Shown here: positions 48,331 to 57,003 of the stretch, piece by piece
How positions within the stretch are numbered: position 1 is the stretch's first letter
Layout of the letters: each line of letters begins with the position of its first letter
Virus record (IMG/VR): IMGVR_UViG_3300042938_001476
Span: 4,966 to 68,965 of that record
Strand: one strand, 5' to 3'
DNA: 64,000 bases
Source of the DNA: a virus
Position numbers and translations under genes: made by a program
Notes under the pieces: generated by a model
Seen by the model: the letters and a program-made list of their open reading frames with translations, nothing else
Database searches by the model: none
Told to the model about the DNA's origin: nothing

Positions 48331-48828
48331 ATGGGAAGAGTTAAAGGCCAAGATTTAACTCCAAAGGAGCGTGAGTTTTGCAGGTTCCTTGTCTCTGGCG
48401 TTCCCGTTTATCGCGCTTTTTTCCAAGCTGGATACAAAGCAACGAACAACAAGTATGCGAGCATGAAGGGGTCTGCAATCAGCGCAAGGCCGAATTGCGC
48501 CAAGTATATTGCGGAACTTAAGGAATCTCAGTGGCTCTCAAGTGTTATGTCTATTGCTGAAAAGCGAGCGTTGATGGCAGAGATCGCCAGGTCAAAGCCA
48601 CAGGACATAACGGAGGAATCTTCTTTTGCGTCTCTCAGCATTGATGGTGACGGCAAGAGATCGCTCCAAGGGCCGAAGGTTTCCGACAAACTGAAAGCAA
48701 TTGAGCTTGATGCAAAGATTTCCGGTGAGTTGTCGCAAGAGAACGACTCCAGAACACAAATTGCAATCCAGCTAATCAATGACCGGCTTGAGATTCCAGT
48801 AAAGGAGGTGAAAGAACTTGAAGAGTAA
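48331..48828 (+). CDS. terS: terminase small subunit
   Basis: LTPKEREFC...A..QAGY N-terminal HTH; DKLKAIELDAKISG. Confidence 0.75.
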   Translation: MGRVKGQDLTPKEREFCRFLVSGVPVYRAFFQAGYKATNNKYASMKGSAISARPNCAKYIAELKESQWLSSVMSIAEKRALMAEIARSKPQDITEESSFASLSIDGDGKRSLQGPKVSDKLKAIELDAKISGELSQENDSRTQIAIQLINDRLEIPVKEVKELEE

Positions 48829-48971
48829 AACAGGACTTTATTCAAACATCGCCGCTAAAAAAGCCCGCATTGCAGCAGGCAGCGGTGAAAAGATGCGGAA
48901 AGCGGGAGCAAAAGGCGCTCCAACAGCAAAAGCATTCCGCGAATCCGCAAAGACTGCGAAGAAGTAAAAGC

Positions 48972-49004
48972 AAAAGGCCACTCCCGTTAAAGAGTGGCCA
49001 TTTT
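48972..49004. terminator. bidirectional terminator
   Basis: aaaa-ggccactc/gagtggcc-atttt at convergence of the terS operon and the early genes. Confidence 0.75.
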
Positions 49005-49234
49005 GTTGAGTGTTTTATTGTTAACAAGTCCTTTGACTTAATGGGGTATCGCAAACATCTGCATGCTTGGTGATGCGCGTGAAGTATTCCTGGTCTTTTC
49101 GTCTGAAAGATAGGATGCTGCCGGAGGTTCCGAGGATGCAACAGTTTTGTTTAATGTTCTCCCGTGCGTAAATCTCAGCTTCTGCGAGAGAGTCGAACTG
49201 ATAATTATGTGAGGCAGTGGACAAGGTGATCACT

Positions 49235-49423
49235 TTAGCGGTTCCTCCTCGCACGATCCAAAGCTGAACGGCATTGCATCATGATAAGCGAATCTGAGCC
49301 TTCGTAGGCATCGAGGACAGCTTCCAGGGCTTCCATCATTTCGCGTTTAACTGACTCCCTTGAGAGGTGAGTATCCTTGAATCTGAATAGTGGCTTTTGC
49401 TTGTGTAGTGTTGTGGTTCTCAT
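49235..49423 (-). CDS. small early protein
   Basis: EMMEALEAVL...RSALDRAR motif. Confidence 0.5.
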   Translation of the reverse strand: MRTTTLHKQKPLFRFKDTHLSRESVKREMMEALEAVLDAYEGSDSLIMMQCRSALDRARRNR

Positions 49424-49784
49424 TTTTTCTTGGGTGTATAGGTTGATTTGAATTTTGGTGGTTGCTGTGTGTTTGCCGAGGCATTCCAAAGCCGGATATA
49501 GGCCTCGATGGGAAGGCAGTGACTGCCTTGTGTGGTTTTGCTGGGTGTTGTTTTCATAGTTTTCTGATGAACCGGAGTGCTGCGATTTTGTTTTTGAGAG
49601 CATCCCTCCAATATGAATCGTTGCGCCACTCCCAATGTCTTGATATTGCGGCCATCAAGGTTATTTCAATCGTGTTTTGTATGTTGTGTGGTATCATTAG
49701 TGTGTTGGTTTCTGTCATTATCTGACAGTTTCTGGCATGATTGCCAGACTGCTACCCCCTCCGCAGAAGAGGTAGAGTGTCTGA

Positions 49785-50003
49785 CTACTTCCAGAGCTTC
49801 CCAATGCGCTCCAAGTGTTGCCACATTGGCTTGTAACGAGGAATTAAACAGACTCTTCCATCTTTGCGAATCCATTCACAGTCCGTCATCTTTCCATCCG
49901 AGTCATACCATGCGGAGCAATGACCCGTGAAGTTTCCGTGTATCTTGTGAAGGACGAATGAACCTGGATCGAATACCCCCCCGTCGAATGTTACTTTTTG
50001 CAT
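49785..50003 (-). CDS. small early protein
   Basis: SAWYDSDGKMTDCE; coupled to the upstream gene, with GAGGGG SD. Confidence 0.5.
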   Translation of the reverse strand: MQKVTFDGGVFDPGSFVLHKIHGNFTGHCSAWYDSDGKMTDCEWIRKDGRVCLIPRYKPMWQHLERIGKLWK

Positions 50004-50359
50004 TATACCCCCCTCTTTGCTTTGCAGATTGCGTCGGATGCGTCGGAAATAAAATCCCATATTGGCCCGTCTGGATCATAGTGTTCAGCGTCTCTCACAG
50101 CTCGTTTCATGAGTCCTTCCAGTGCAGAGAGCAAATCCGGTGCGGCGGCTATGAGGCGAGCGTTGGCAAGGCTTCCGCTGTGGAGTGCGCAAATCTCGCT
50201 TTTGCCGTGTTTAATCAATCCCCATGTTGCATCATGTTTCCAAGGGGCGGGTGTGTGGAGTGTATTATTCATGTTTGTGTTTAGTTTTTTGGGGCATGTA
50301 TTGAATGAATTTGAAGTGTTCACTCCATATTCATCATAAATGTTTTCAAGTGTGTTCAT
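50003..50359 (-). CDS. early protein, HTPxPW/ANARLIAAAP family
   Basis: HTPAPW...ANARLIAAAPDLLSALE. Confidence 0.75.
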   Translation of the reverse strand: MNTLENIYDEYGVNTSNSFNTCPKKLNTNMNNTLHTPAPWKHDATWGLIKHGKSEICALHSGSLANARLIAAAPDLLSALEGLMKRAVRDAEHYDPDGPIWDFISDASDAICKAKRGV

Positions 50360-50367
50360 TTTTATGT

Positions 50368-50724
50368 TTAGTTTTTTAAGTTTTTAGGAATGAGAGCCAG
50401 CGTGTTCCTGCCCTCTTCGATGACATTGCGAATCATGCCGGAAAAATAAGAGCCAACGCCCTTGTGTTTTTTAATGCCAAAATGGTCACGGAAATCACGT
50501 GTATTTTCGTGAATACATTGTCCAAGATAATCTTCTGCAATTTCCATCCCGCGAAATGAAAGGGTTGCTTTTACCGCAAAGCAAAGCCAATACCCGTTTT
50601 CTATCATTCTTTGCGTTTCCCCCGTATCATCGAAGGAAAAATCATGGTAATTTTCCTCCATTGCGTCAACTGTGACGGTGAAGTTGCGAGTGTGGAATGT
50701 GTATATGTTTTCAAGTGTTTTCAT
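50368..50724 (-). CDS. early hypothetical protein
   Basis: 118 aa, DYLGQC. Confidence 0.65.
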   Translation of the reverse strand: MKTLENIYTFHTRNFTVTVDAMEENYHDFSFDDTGETQRMIENGYWLCFAVKATLSFRGMEIAEDYLGQCIHENTRDFRDHFGIKKHKGVGSYFSGMIRNVIEEGRNTLALIPKNLKN

Positions 50725-50739
50725 TTTTGTGTTTTGTGT

Positions 50740-51138
50740 TTAGTTTCCAAGGTAGAAATAAATCTTTCCATCGTTGCTTTTGAATATGTTTGAAGGGGCT
50801 TGTCCTTCGCTTTGCATTTTCTCAGCTTCTTCCCAGTCTATTTCATCCAAAGAATCAGCGCCTAATTCGCGGACATCGCCGGAAACCCATTGCAAGAATA
50901 AAGCGTTCAATTCGTTATCACTCCATGCCGCAATCTCCTCTTTATTCCATCCGCCGCTTTCACGTGCAAAGTCACGCATAGCTTGCAACTTTTCGGGAGT
51001 GTTGAGTATTTGAGTGTTTTCAGCTTCCTTCTTTGAAGCGCTCCAGGTGTTTTGACCCGCATTTTCCCCGCCCTCCGCAATTGAGTGCGAGAGGGTGAAA
51101 CAATTCATTTCTGCTAATGTTGTAATTTCAATTTCCAT
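50740..51138 (-). CDS. early hypothetical protein
   Basis: 132 aa, GGWNKEEI..WS..ELNALFLQ.V.GD.RE. Confidence 0.65.
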   Translation of the reverse strand: MEIEITTLAEMNCFTLSHSIAEGGENAGQNTWSASKKEAENTQILNTPEKLQAMRDFARESGGWNKEEIAAWSDNELNALFLQWVSGDVRELGADSLDEIDWEEAEKMQSEGQAPSNIFKSNDGKIYFYLGN

Positions 51139-51168
51139 GGTTTTTATTTGTGTTTTGTGTTGAGTGTT

Positions 51169-51363
51169 TTATTGTGTAACGAGTTCGGAATTATTTCCTT
51201 GCCATTTGCGGAAAAAGTAAACCCCGCATTTTGTTATCCCGCTATTCACTAAGCCGTTGGCATTTGCGGAAACAGCTTTCAGTTTTACCCCGTATATTGG
51301 CCATTGCTCGAAAGCAATATCTTTTAATGAGTTTAACTTTTGTGTGATTTTTTTGTCATTCAT
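51169..51363 (-). CDS. early hypothetical protein
   Basis: 64 aa in packed minus-strand cluster. Confidence 0.45.
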   Translation of the reverse strand: MNDKKITQKLNSLKDIAFEQWPIYGVKLKAVSANANGLVNSGITKCGVYFFRKWQGNNSELVTQ

Positions 51364-51440
51364 GGTTTCAAGTGTGTTTGTTTGTTAGAGTGTTTACAAC
51401 TCCATGCCGCGCACCTAATGAGATGCGCGGTGTTGGAATG

Positions 51441-51764
51441 TTAAACAATAGAATCCAGCGCCTTTTGGATATCTCTTGCCAGTGTTTTGCGTGTGTTCTC
51501 CGCCTGCTTCTCCGCATCGCGCATGATTTTATCAGCTTTCTCGGTTGCGGCTTTAAGCAGATATTCCGCCTGCTGCTTTGCGGTGTTGAGCATTCCATCA
51601 TGAAGCTTGCGTGTTTCCGCCCAAGAGGGTGTTGGAATGATATCGCACCTCATGTCATGTTCAATGAACGGGATTTGACTTTCAAGCCATGGCCCACAGT
51701 ATGAGTGAGAGCCTAATTTGTGCGCCAATTCCATGAGCGCCTGGATTTCATCGTGTTTTGTCAT
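51441..51764 (-). CDS. early coiled-coil protein
   Basis: 107 aa, LGSHSYCGPWL then heptad helix. Confidence 0.6.
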   Translation of the reverse strand: MTKHDEIQALMELAHKLGSHSYCGPWLESQIPFIEHDMRCDIIPTPSWAETRKLHDGMLNTAKQQAEYLLKAATEKADKIMRDAEKQAENTRKTLARDIQKALDSIV

Positions 51765-52026
51765 GTGTTGTGTGTTGTTTAGTGTTAACCTCGAAAGAAT
51801 AGCCTCGCTTGTCGCAATAGTGTGTTTTGAGCGTGAAACGGGAAGGATCGTCCCATCCTTGTCTTGTCAAATGATGAGCAACCCACGCTAAAGCCGCTTT
51901 TTTGTGGACGGCCTCGCCTGATAATTCGTAAGGGTAGGGGATGGATTTAATCCGCCCCCCGAATGTTGCGCGGATTTTAGCGCCTGCGGTGTTGGTAGCT
52001 GGAATGTGTTTTGTTCGGATTAGCAT
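51748..52026 (-). CDS. early hypothetical protein
   Basis: IRTKHIPATNT.GAKIRA...IPY.YEL...H..AA...GY.F. Confidence 0.65.
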   Translation of the reverse strand: MLIRTKHIPATNTAGAKIRATFGGRIKSIPYPYELSGEAVHKKAALAWVAHHLTRQGWDDPSRFTLKTHYCDKRGYSFEVNTKQHTTHDKTR

Positions 52027-52131
52027 AAGATAAAAATGAGTGTTGAGATTATGAGTGAGAGAGTCAGGAAGAGTTTAAAAAATCGATTCTTTGCCTTGCC
52101 GTGTTGTTTGTGAGAGTGAAGCCTGTTCATG

Positions 52132-52320
52132 TTATTTGAAGCGGGCCTTTTGCTCTTCGGTTCCGTGCTTTGCTACGGCTTCTTTAAGTTTGTCCAGTGC
52201 ATAAATTTTCCGGTAAACCTTAGCTGGATAAAAGCCTCCGAACATATTCGGTGACCCCTCGAAAATGAGGGCCACTTGGTATTTTCCATCCCTGCGGGGG
52301 TTTGATATTTCAATTTTCAT
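52132..52320 (-). CDS. early hypothetical protein
   Basis: 62-aa ORF with A/C-rich leader. Confidence 0.5.
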   Translation of the reverse strand: MKIEISNPRRDGKYQVALIFEGSPNMFGGFYPAKVYRKIYALDKLKEAVAKHGTEEQKARFK

Positions 52321-52401
52321 GGGTTTTGGTTGTTTTTTTTGTTTTGAATTCTGACATTTGGTCAGACTACGCCCCCCACAGAATAGAGGGCGCTTGTCTA
52401 A

Positions 52402-53076
52402 TCAGATGACAAAGCCGCTCGTGTCTTTTTTAGCTTTGCCTTTAGCCTTTAGGGCGATCACCGACCCTTTAGGGTCAAGAAAGCGCAAGTCAGATTGATC
52501 ACCATCGAAGCATGGAGCGCCTTTCCATGTTTTCGGCATAGTTTTAAATACCGCCGCGACATTTCCCCCTCTTTCCATAATTTCCTCGCAAGCGCCTTCA
52601 TTATCCTCTTTACGGGAAAATGTCAGGGAATAGTTTGAGGGTAGCTTGCCATCAAGGTAGTCCAACATCCTCGCCCTGTTTGGCGTATAGTCATAAAATG
52701 GGACTTCAGGGAATTTCTGCATGATATCCATGTTATGCCATGGAATGTCGCTTGTGCCGTTTAGCCGCACACAGGGAAGCATTCCCTTTTTCTTTGCCTT
52801 TTTAATGAGGGCGGTAATGTCTTTTTTAATATCGGCAATAAAGGCGCTCTTATCCTTGAAAAAAGAAAGGGTCTTTTTTAGCCTCGCCGCCTGCACAGTT
52901 GAGAAAGCGCCTCGCCCGGCGCTATTCAAACAAGCTAATTCGCAGCCTGCGGATCGATGAGGACAAACCTGCTTTCCACTCATATTAGCGGGAGCTAAGT
53001 ATAAGATGGCTGTGAGATAGCCTTTTTTTTGGCCTTTGATAGTTTTTGCGTTGGTGTCTACTGATAAGATTTTCAT
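52402..53076 (-). CDS. Gp88-like (Cys-motif) phage protein
   Basis: VCP..S.GC...CL..AGRG, VRLNGTSD, FYDYT, NYSLTFS, DGD.SDLRFLD, LKAKG. Confidence 0.75.
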   Translation of the reverse strand: MKILSVDTNAKTIKGQKKGYLTAILYLAPANMSGKQVCPHRSAGCELACLNSAGRGAFSTVQAARLKKTLSFFKDKSAFIADIKKDITALIKKAKKKGMLPCVRLNGTSDIPWHNMDIMQKFPEVPFYDYTPNRARMLDYLDGKLPSNYSLTFSRKEDNEGACEEIMERGGNVAAVFKTMPKTWKGAPCFDGDQSDLRFLDPKGSVIALKAKGKAKKDTSGFVI

Positions 53077-53114
53077 GATTTTTTAATGTGCCTTGATTGG
53101 CGATTCATGACATA

Positions 53115-53129
53115 GCGTAAAGCGTGCCA
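53115..53129 (-). promoter_or_regulatory. sigma54-type -24/-12 promoter
   Basis: Minus strand TGGCACG-CTTT-ACGC (GG-N10-GC). Confidence 0.55.
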
Positions 53130-53168
53130 ACTATCGGACAAGGGGGAAAGAGGGGAAAACTATGCACA

Positions 53169-53183
53169 GCATGATTCATGCCA
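53169..53183 (-). promoter_or_regulatory. sigma54-type -24/-12 promoter
   Basis: Minus strand TGGCATG-AATC-ATGC. Confidence 0.6.
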
Positions 53184-53298
53184 TGGCATTTATTGCCGCT
53201 TTTATAGGTAATTCTTGCCGCACCAGGCAGTTCTTGCCTAACGGAAAAGAGGGGTTTTTTGTAAGGCGAGTAATGCCAGGGGTTTGCGAAGAATCGCA

Positions 53299-53313
53299 GC
53301 AAGAAGCGTGCCA
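53299..53313 (-). promoter_or_regulatory. sigma54-type -24/-12 promoter, perfect consensus
   Basis: Minus strand TGGCACG-CTTC-TTGC. Confidence 0.75.
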
Positions 53314-53363
53314 AGATTTGAGGACGGGTGAGAAAGGGAAGGGTGAAGAGATTGCATGGATGC

Positions 53364-53387
53364 ATCGCTATATCGCTATATCGCTAT
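53364..53387. repeat. 8-bp tandem repeat x3
   Basis: atcgctat three times in tandem. Confidence 0.9.
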
Positions 53388-53825
53388 ACAGCGATACTTG
53401 CCATATCGCGTATGGCATAGCTATAATTGCAAGTCTGCTTTTTGCATAGTGCCATTTCCTGTATATGGCGATACCCGATTTATTCCCGCGATGCATGCCA
53501 TGCACAGCGCCCACAGCATGACAACGCCCCACAGCGCCCCGTATTTTCCAGCCATAGTATGACAGCGCCCATGCAATCAAAGCCCGTTACAAGCCATTCT
53601 CGAGAGATTCATTCCACTATCTATTCTTGATGTTATCGGAAGTTATATTGATAGTCAACGAGTTACAATAGGTAGGTAGTATAATCATGCGCCTGGCAAT
53701 CAACGGTGAGTATCGATGCGTATAGCATGGCGTATGGCATAGAGCAACACAGGGCAGGCGGCGGACGGAGCAACACAGAGCGACACAGAGCAGGAGCAGG
53801 AGCAGCGGGGGGGGCGGAGCAGGCA

Positions 53826-53863
53826 CACAGCGAGGCACAGCGAGGCACAGCGGCACAGCGAGG
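53826..53863. repeat. 10-bp tandem repeat in a T-poor tract
   Basis: cacagcgagg x2, cacagcgg, cacagcgagg. Confidence 0.9.
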
Positions 53864-54249
53864 GGGGCGGCAGGGGTGGCAGGGGACGGGGGGCGCAGCG
53901 TGGAGCGACACACGGGAAACAAGCCCCTACCTAAAAATATAAAAATAAAAATATAAAATATATCTTTACCTAAACCACTCTCCCTCAATCAGAAGGCAAA
54001 TTCCCCTATGCTTTTTTGCCCTAAAAATGCCTATATCCTGTTGAGATATGAGAGTGTAATGTTTGCGCTACACTAAGCTGTGGTAATGTCGCATATACGA
54101 CGAGTTAAGTGCGTTATTCTTGCTTAATGCGTCAAATAAGACACTTTACTCCCCTAACGATGATTTATATGTCATCACCATAAAAACGCATCTAACGCCA
54201 CCCTGGAGCAACCGTGCTATATCCCAGTAGAGTAGCGTGGGTATATATT

Positions 54250-54552
54250 TTATGAGTTGGTATTGGTGGTATCTGATTTGCTCTTTCTGATAACATAAGT
54301 CATATCGATGCCCTGTCCCTGTAGAAAGCTGAGAATTATTTCTTGGTCTGTTTCCAGTTCTTCGATTTTATCAATTAACCCCTCTGTGTCTTCCATGAGT
54401 TCTGCGTTCTGTTCTTTGAGGGATTGGATGACATCTGCTAAGAACTTTATTCCGGTTGTGATGGCTGCTGCTATTTTGACTGGATCACCCTTACCCTTGG
54501 CGAGGGACTTGATAGCTCTGTCTAATTCTGACATGACTGGGTTGGGTGTCAT
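54250..54552 (-). CDS. hypothetical coiled-coil protein
   Basis: 100 aa, last gene of the minus-strand operon. Confidence 0.6.
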   Translation of the reverse strand: MTPNPVMSELDRAIKSLAKGKGDPVKIAAAITTGIKFLADVIQSLKEQNAELMEDTEGLIDKIEELETDQEIILSFLQGQGIDMTYVIRKSKSDTTNTNS

Positions 54553-55187
54553 GGTTTATTTGCTTCAAGCCTCTTAATGACTTTCATGGCGAGGTCAACT
54601 TGGTCTTCCAAATTACTTACCTTATTCTCGGCTATTGCTGCCATTTCTACTGCTGCCTTCCACTTGTTCTCCCACCCTGTTATTTGATTGAGTGCATCGT
54701 CGCGCTCGCGCTCCATTTTAGCTACACCTATCTGCCAATGGATTACTGCAAAACGATGTTTTTCAATTGCTTCGTCACGCTCATTGCACAGCTTATTCAC
54801 TACCAGCATGTGCTCTGTTGCAAGGTTGTCGTATTTTTTTTGAATCTCGTCGCGGCCCATTTGCATATCTAAAATTTTGCACTGAGTATGAACTAATTCA
54901 GTATGAGTTCGATGATGCCACTTCTTTTCTTCATCAAATGCCTCCCGCGCATCGGTCAACAGCTTCCGCAACACAGGGACGCATCCGCAATGCTTCTCAT
55001 CTGGATGGTCTGCCTCAACATGGAGTGCCGCATTCTCCCAATCAGACAGCTCCTGCCTCGCCTCGTCCCGCTCGCGCTCCAGTTTCTGCGCGTGATCCAT
55101 CATTTCACTATACCGATCTGAAAGAACGCAAGGATTATGTAGTTCGCAATCCAGCGCATCCGTCTCTGGTGTTGGTAGTTCGATCAT
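54549..55187 (-). CDS. TPETD/ERERDEAR repeat protein
   Basis: MIELPTPETDA; four to five ERDEA-type repeats; ATGA-coupled at 55187. Confidence 0.65.
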   Translation of the reverse strand: MIELPTPETDALDCELHNPCVLSDRYSEMMDHAQKLERERDEARQELSDWENAALHVEADHPDEKHCGCVPVLRKLLTDAREAFDEEKKWHHRTHTELVHTQCKILDMQMGRDEIQKKYDNLATEHMLVVNKLCNERDEAIEKHRFAVIHWQIGVAKMERERDDALNQITGWENKWKAAVEMAAIAENKVSNLEDQVDLAMKVIKRLEANKP

Positions 55188-55453
55188 TTTTCGCCCTCCT
55201 GTGAAACATCGTCGGCACACTCCCAACATTTTTGCTCTGGTGAGCAAACTGGACATCTCGCGCCCTCCTTTACAAAAGCCAATACATCCTCTGGATGCGT
55301 ATCTGCAAATTGAGGGTGTGTTGAAAGTAACCCAACCGCAATGCGTAGTTGCTGCCGCGCCTCGTCGCGCTCTTGCTCAAGTTTTTTATAGTCCTCTAAT
55401 AAAACGCATTTTAGTCCATCAGCGAGTTCTATTATTTGTGGGGTAAAGCTCAT
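55184..55453 (-). CDS. ERDEAR family protein
   Basis: LEQERDEAR; C-terminal CPVC...CWEC. Confidence 0.55.
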   Translation of the reverse strand: MSFTPQIIELADGLKCVLLEDYKKLEQERDEARQQLRIAVGLLSTHPQFADTHPEDVLAFVKEGARCPVCSPEQKCWECADDVSQEGEK

Positions 55454-55812
55454 TTCGCGCCCCCCTTGAGTTGGTCAAGCTCGGCGCGGAGTTGTTTTAC
55501 AGCTCCTGCATCTGCGTATTGCGGAGATACCCATCTTTGGCAAATAGTTTGCGCCCTCTCCGCGATGTAGCGCAGCTTGGAGTTCTTCTGCCTCGCCCTG
55601 TCGCGCTCTTGTTTCATCCTCTCAAGGTCAAGCAGGCGCAGGTCAACTTCTTGCAGTGCATCAGCCATTTCCTCCCTCGCCTCGTCGCGCTCGCGCTCAA
55701 TTCTGCGGGCAAACTCTACTGACACACATTCACGGTCTGCGTTTTCTAAACCAACTGAGATTTCTTTATCTGTCTCCGGTGTTTGGCTACCAGTCATTTT
55801 TGTTCTCCTCAT
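55450..55812 (-). CDS. TPETD/ERERDEAR family protein
   Basis: QTPETD...FARRIERERDEAR...GGAK. Confidence 0.65.
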   Translation of the reverse strand: MRRTKMTGSQTPETDKEISVGLENADRECVSVEFARRIERERDEAREEMADALQEVDLRLLDLERMKQERDRARQKNSKLRYIAERAQTICQRWVSPQYADAGAVKQLRAELDQLKGGAK

Positions 55813-55990
55813 AATTTCTAACAGCGTCTCTCAATGCGTTGATGAACCCAGCGGTTGGCTCAACATCTTTCCACGATGGTTGCTCCCACCGATCAATAAG
55901 TGCCTTTGCTTTCTCTACAATTTCAGCGCAGAGTTTAAGATGGTCAATAGCAACTTCAAGGGATAGCTCTTGTTTTTGTGTGTTTTTCAT
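55787..55990 (-). CDS. hypothetical protein
   Basis: 67 aa, IDRWEQPSWKD. Confidence 0.6.
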   Translation of the reverse strand: MKNTQKQELSLEVAIDHLKLCAEIVEKAKALIDRWEQPSWKDVEPTAGFINALRDAVRNYEENKNDW

Positions 55991-56187
55991 TTGTGTGTAA
56001 TAACTTTAAGGATAAAAATGCATCCAAGTAATGATATCAGTATACCAAAATTAACCAACAATGGAGACAATACCAACCACCAACTCCAGTCAATGAACCC
56101 TGTCAGCTTGAGTGTGATGAATATAAGCGTTAGTAGATTTGAGAACGTCCCCCCCAATGATATCGTAGTTTTGTTTGCCATGATCAA
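55987..56187 (-). CDS. small phage membrane protein
   Basis: LTLIFITLKLTGFIDWSWWLVLSPL conserved phage TM motif. Confidence 0.75.
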   Translation of the reverse strand: MIMANKTTISLGGTFSNLLTLIFITLKLTGFIDWSWWLVLSPLLVNFGILISLLGCIFILKVITHK

Positions 56188-56195
56188 GTGTGCCT

Positions 56196-56369
56196 TTACT
56201 TGCCTTTGATTTTATATTCTGACTTATTGAAACTCCAGTCAATTTCATCATAGTTGTCCCAGTATTTCTTTGTGATTGGCCTGGGTTTATCACCCTTACC
56301 AGCACCAACTGACTGTGATTTTAGTTCGTTGATTCGCGCTTTTCTATCGTCGTTGTTTTTTAGTTTCAT
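56196..56369 (-). CDS. small conserved phage protein
   Basis: GAGKGDKPRP...YWDNYDEIDW; ATG at 56369 preferred over the TTG at 56501. Confidence 0.65.
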   Translation of the reverse strand: MKLKNNDDRKARINELKSQSVGAGKGDKPRPITKKYWDNYDEIDWSFNKSEYKIKGK

Positions 56370-56379
56370 GTTTTCGTTG

Positions 56380-56925
56380 AAAGTTTCGCAGGAACGGGTA
56401 TGCATCCCCTTTTCAGACATCTGGTTCCCAAGGTTATGAGCCTCCTTCGACTCCCAGACCTCGATGTGGTGTTCGACCGAGAAATCCCAGTCCATCAACA
56501 CTCATCCGTATATCATGTCTGCCTGCTAAATTAGTCTCCTCAACCATAGCGTCCTGTGGTTTCATCTGTTGATTCAGATTCGGGCGATGCCAGCGATAAG
56601 ACTGACAGAGCGGTAACCGGAAGTAGTTTTGATACGGGTTGGGGCGTTAGTCCCAATCATGGTTTCAGTGACGGCCCCATGTAGTGCCGCTTGGCTTTTT
56701 GTGCCATTTAAGTGAATCGCTTCAAAGCTTGCGACTGGCTGCATGACTCCATGCTTCCCGTAAATATCAAAGATCATTACCACTGATTTGCATTGCTGGC
56801 TCAATGGTCAAGCCTCTGTAGGATTCCTGCCTCTGGCAGAGATCAAGGTTGTCGTTCGCCCACTTATGGAAATGTTGTCGTTAGTTAACATTTCTGTAAT
56901 GTTAACGATCAGCGACTCCAAGAAA
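56380..56925 (-). ncRNA. candidate large structured non-coding RNA
   Basis: More than 12 nested stems; the imperfect stems checked pair by G-U on the minus strand only; no convincing ORF. Confidence 0.6.
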
Positions 56926-57003
56926 ATTGTTTGTTTGTCATATTTTTATTGGTTGGTGAAAGTTGATGTATTCAGTATAAATACCAATGCGTGAAAGTAA
57001 AGT

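Noticed and set aside
50340-50730. Duplicated gene starts MNTLENIY / MKTLENIY
   Set aside because: A real ~22-bp near-duplicate, but most simply a recombination scar among early genes with no sign of a distinct system.
53395-53745. Further TGGCA/TGCCA sites as additional sigma54 promoters
   Set aside because: They lack the GC at the required GG-N10-GC spacing.
53105-53988. ORFs of 67-123 aa in the asymmetric tract
   Set aside because: Low-complexity translations of repeats on both strands; they overlap the promoter motifs.
56388-56460. tRNA-Met gene
   Set aside because: Only an anticodon-like CTCATAA hairpin is present; no canonical D arm, TTC T-loop or 7-bp acceptor at tRNA spacing.
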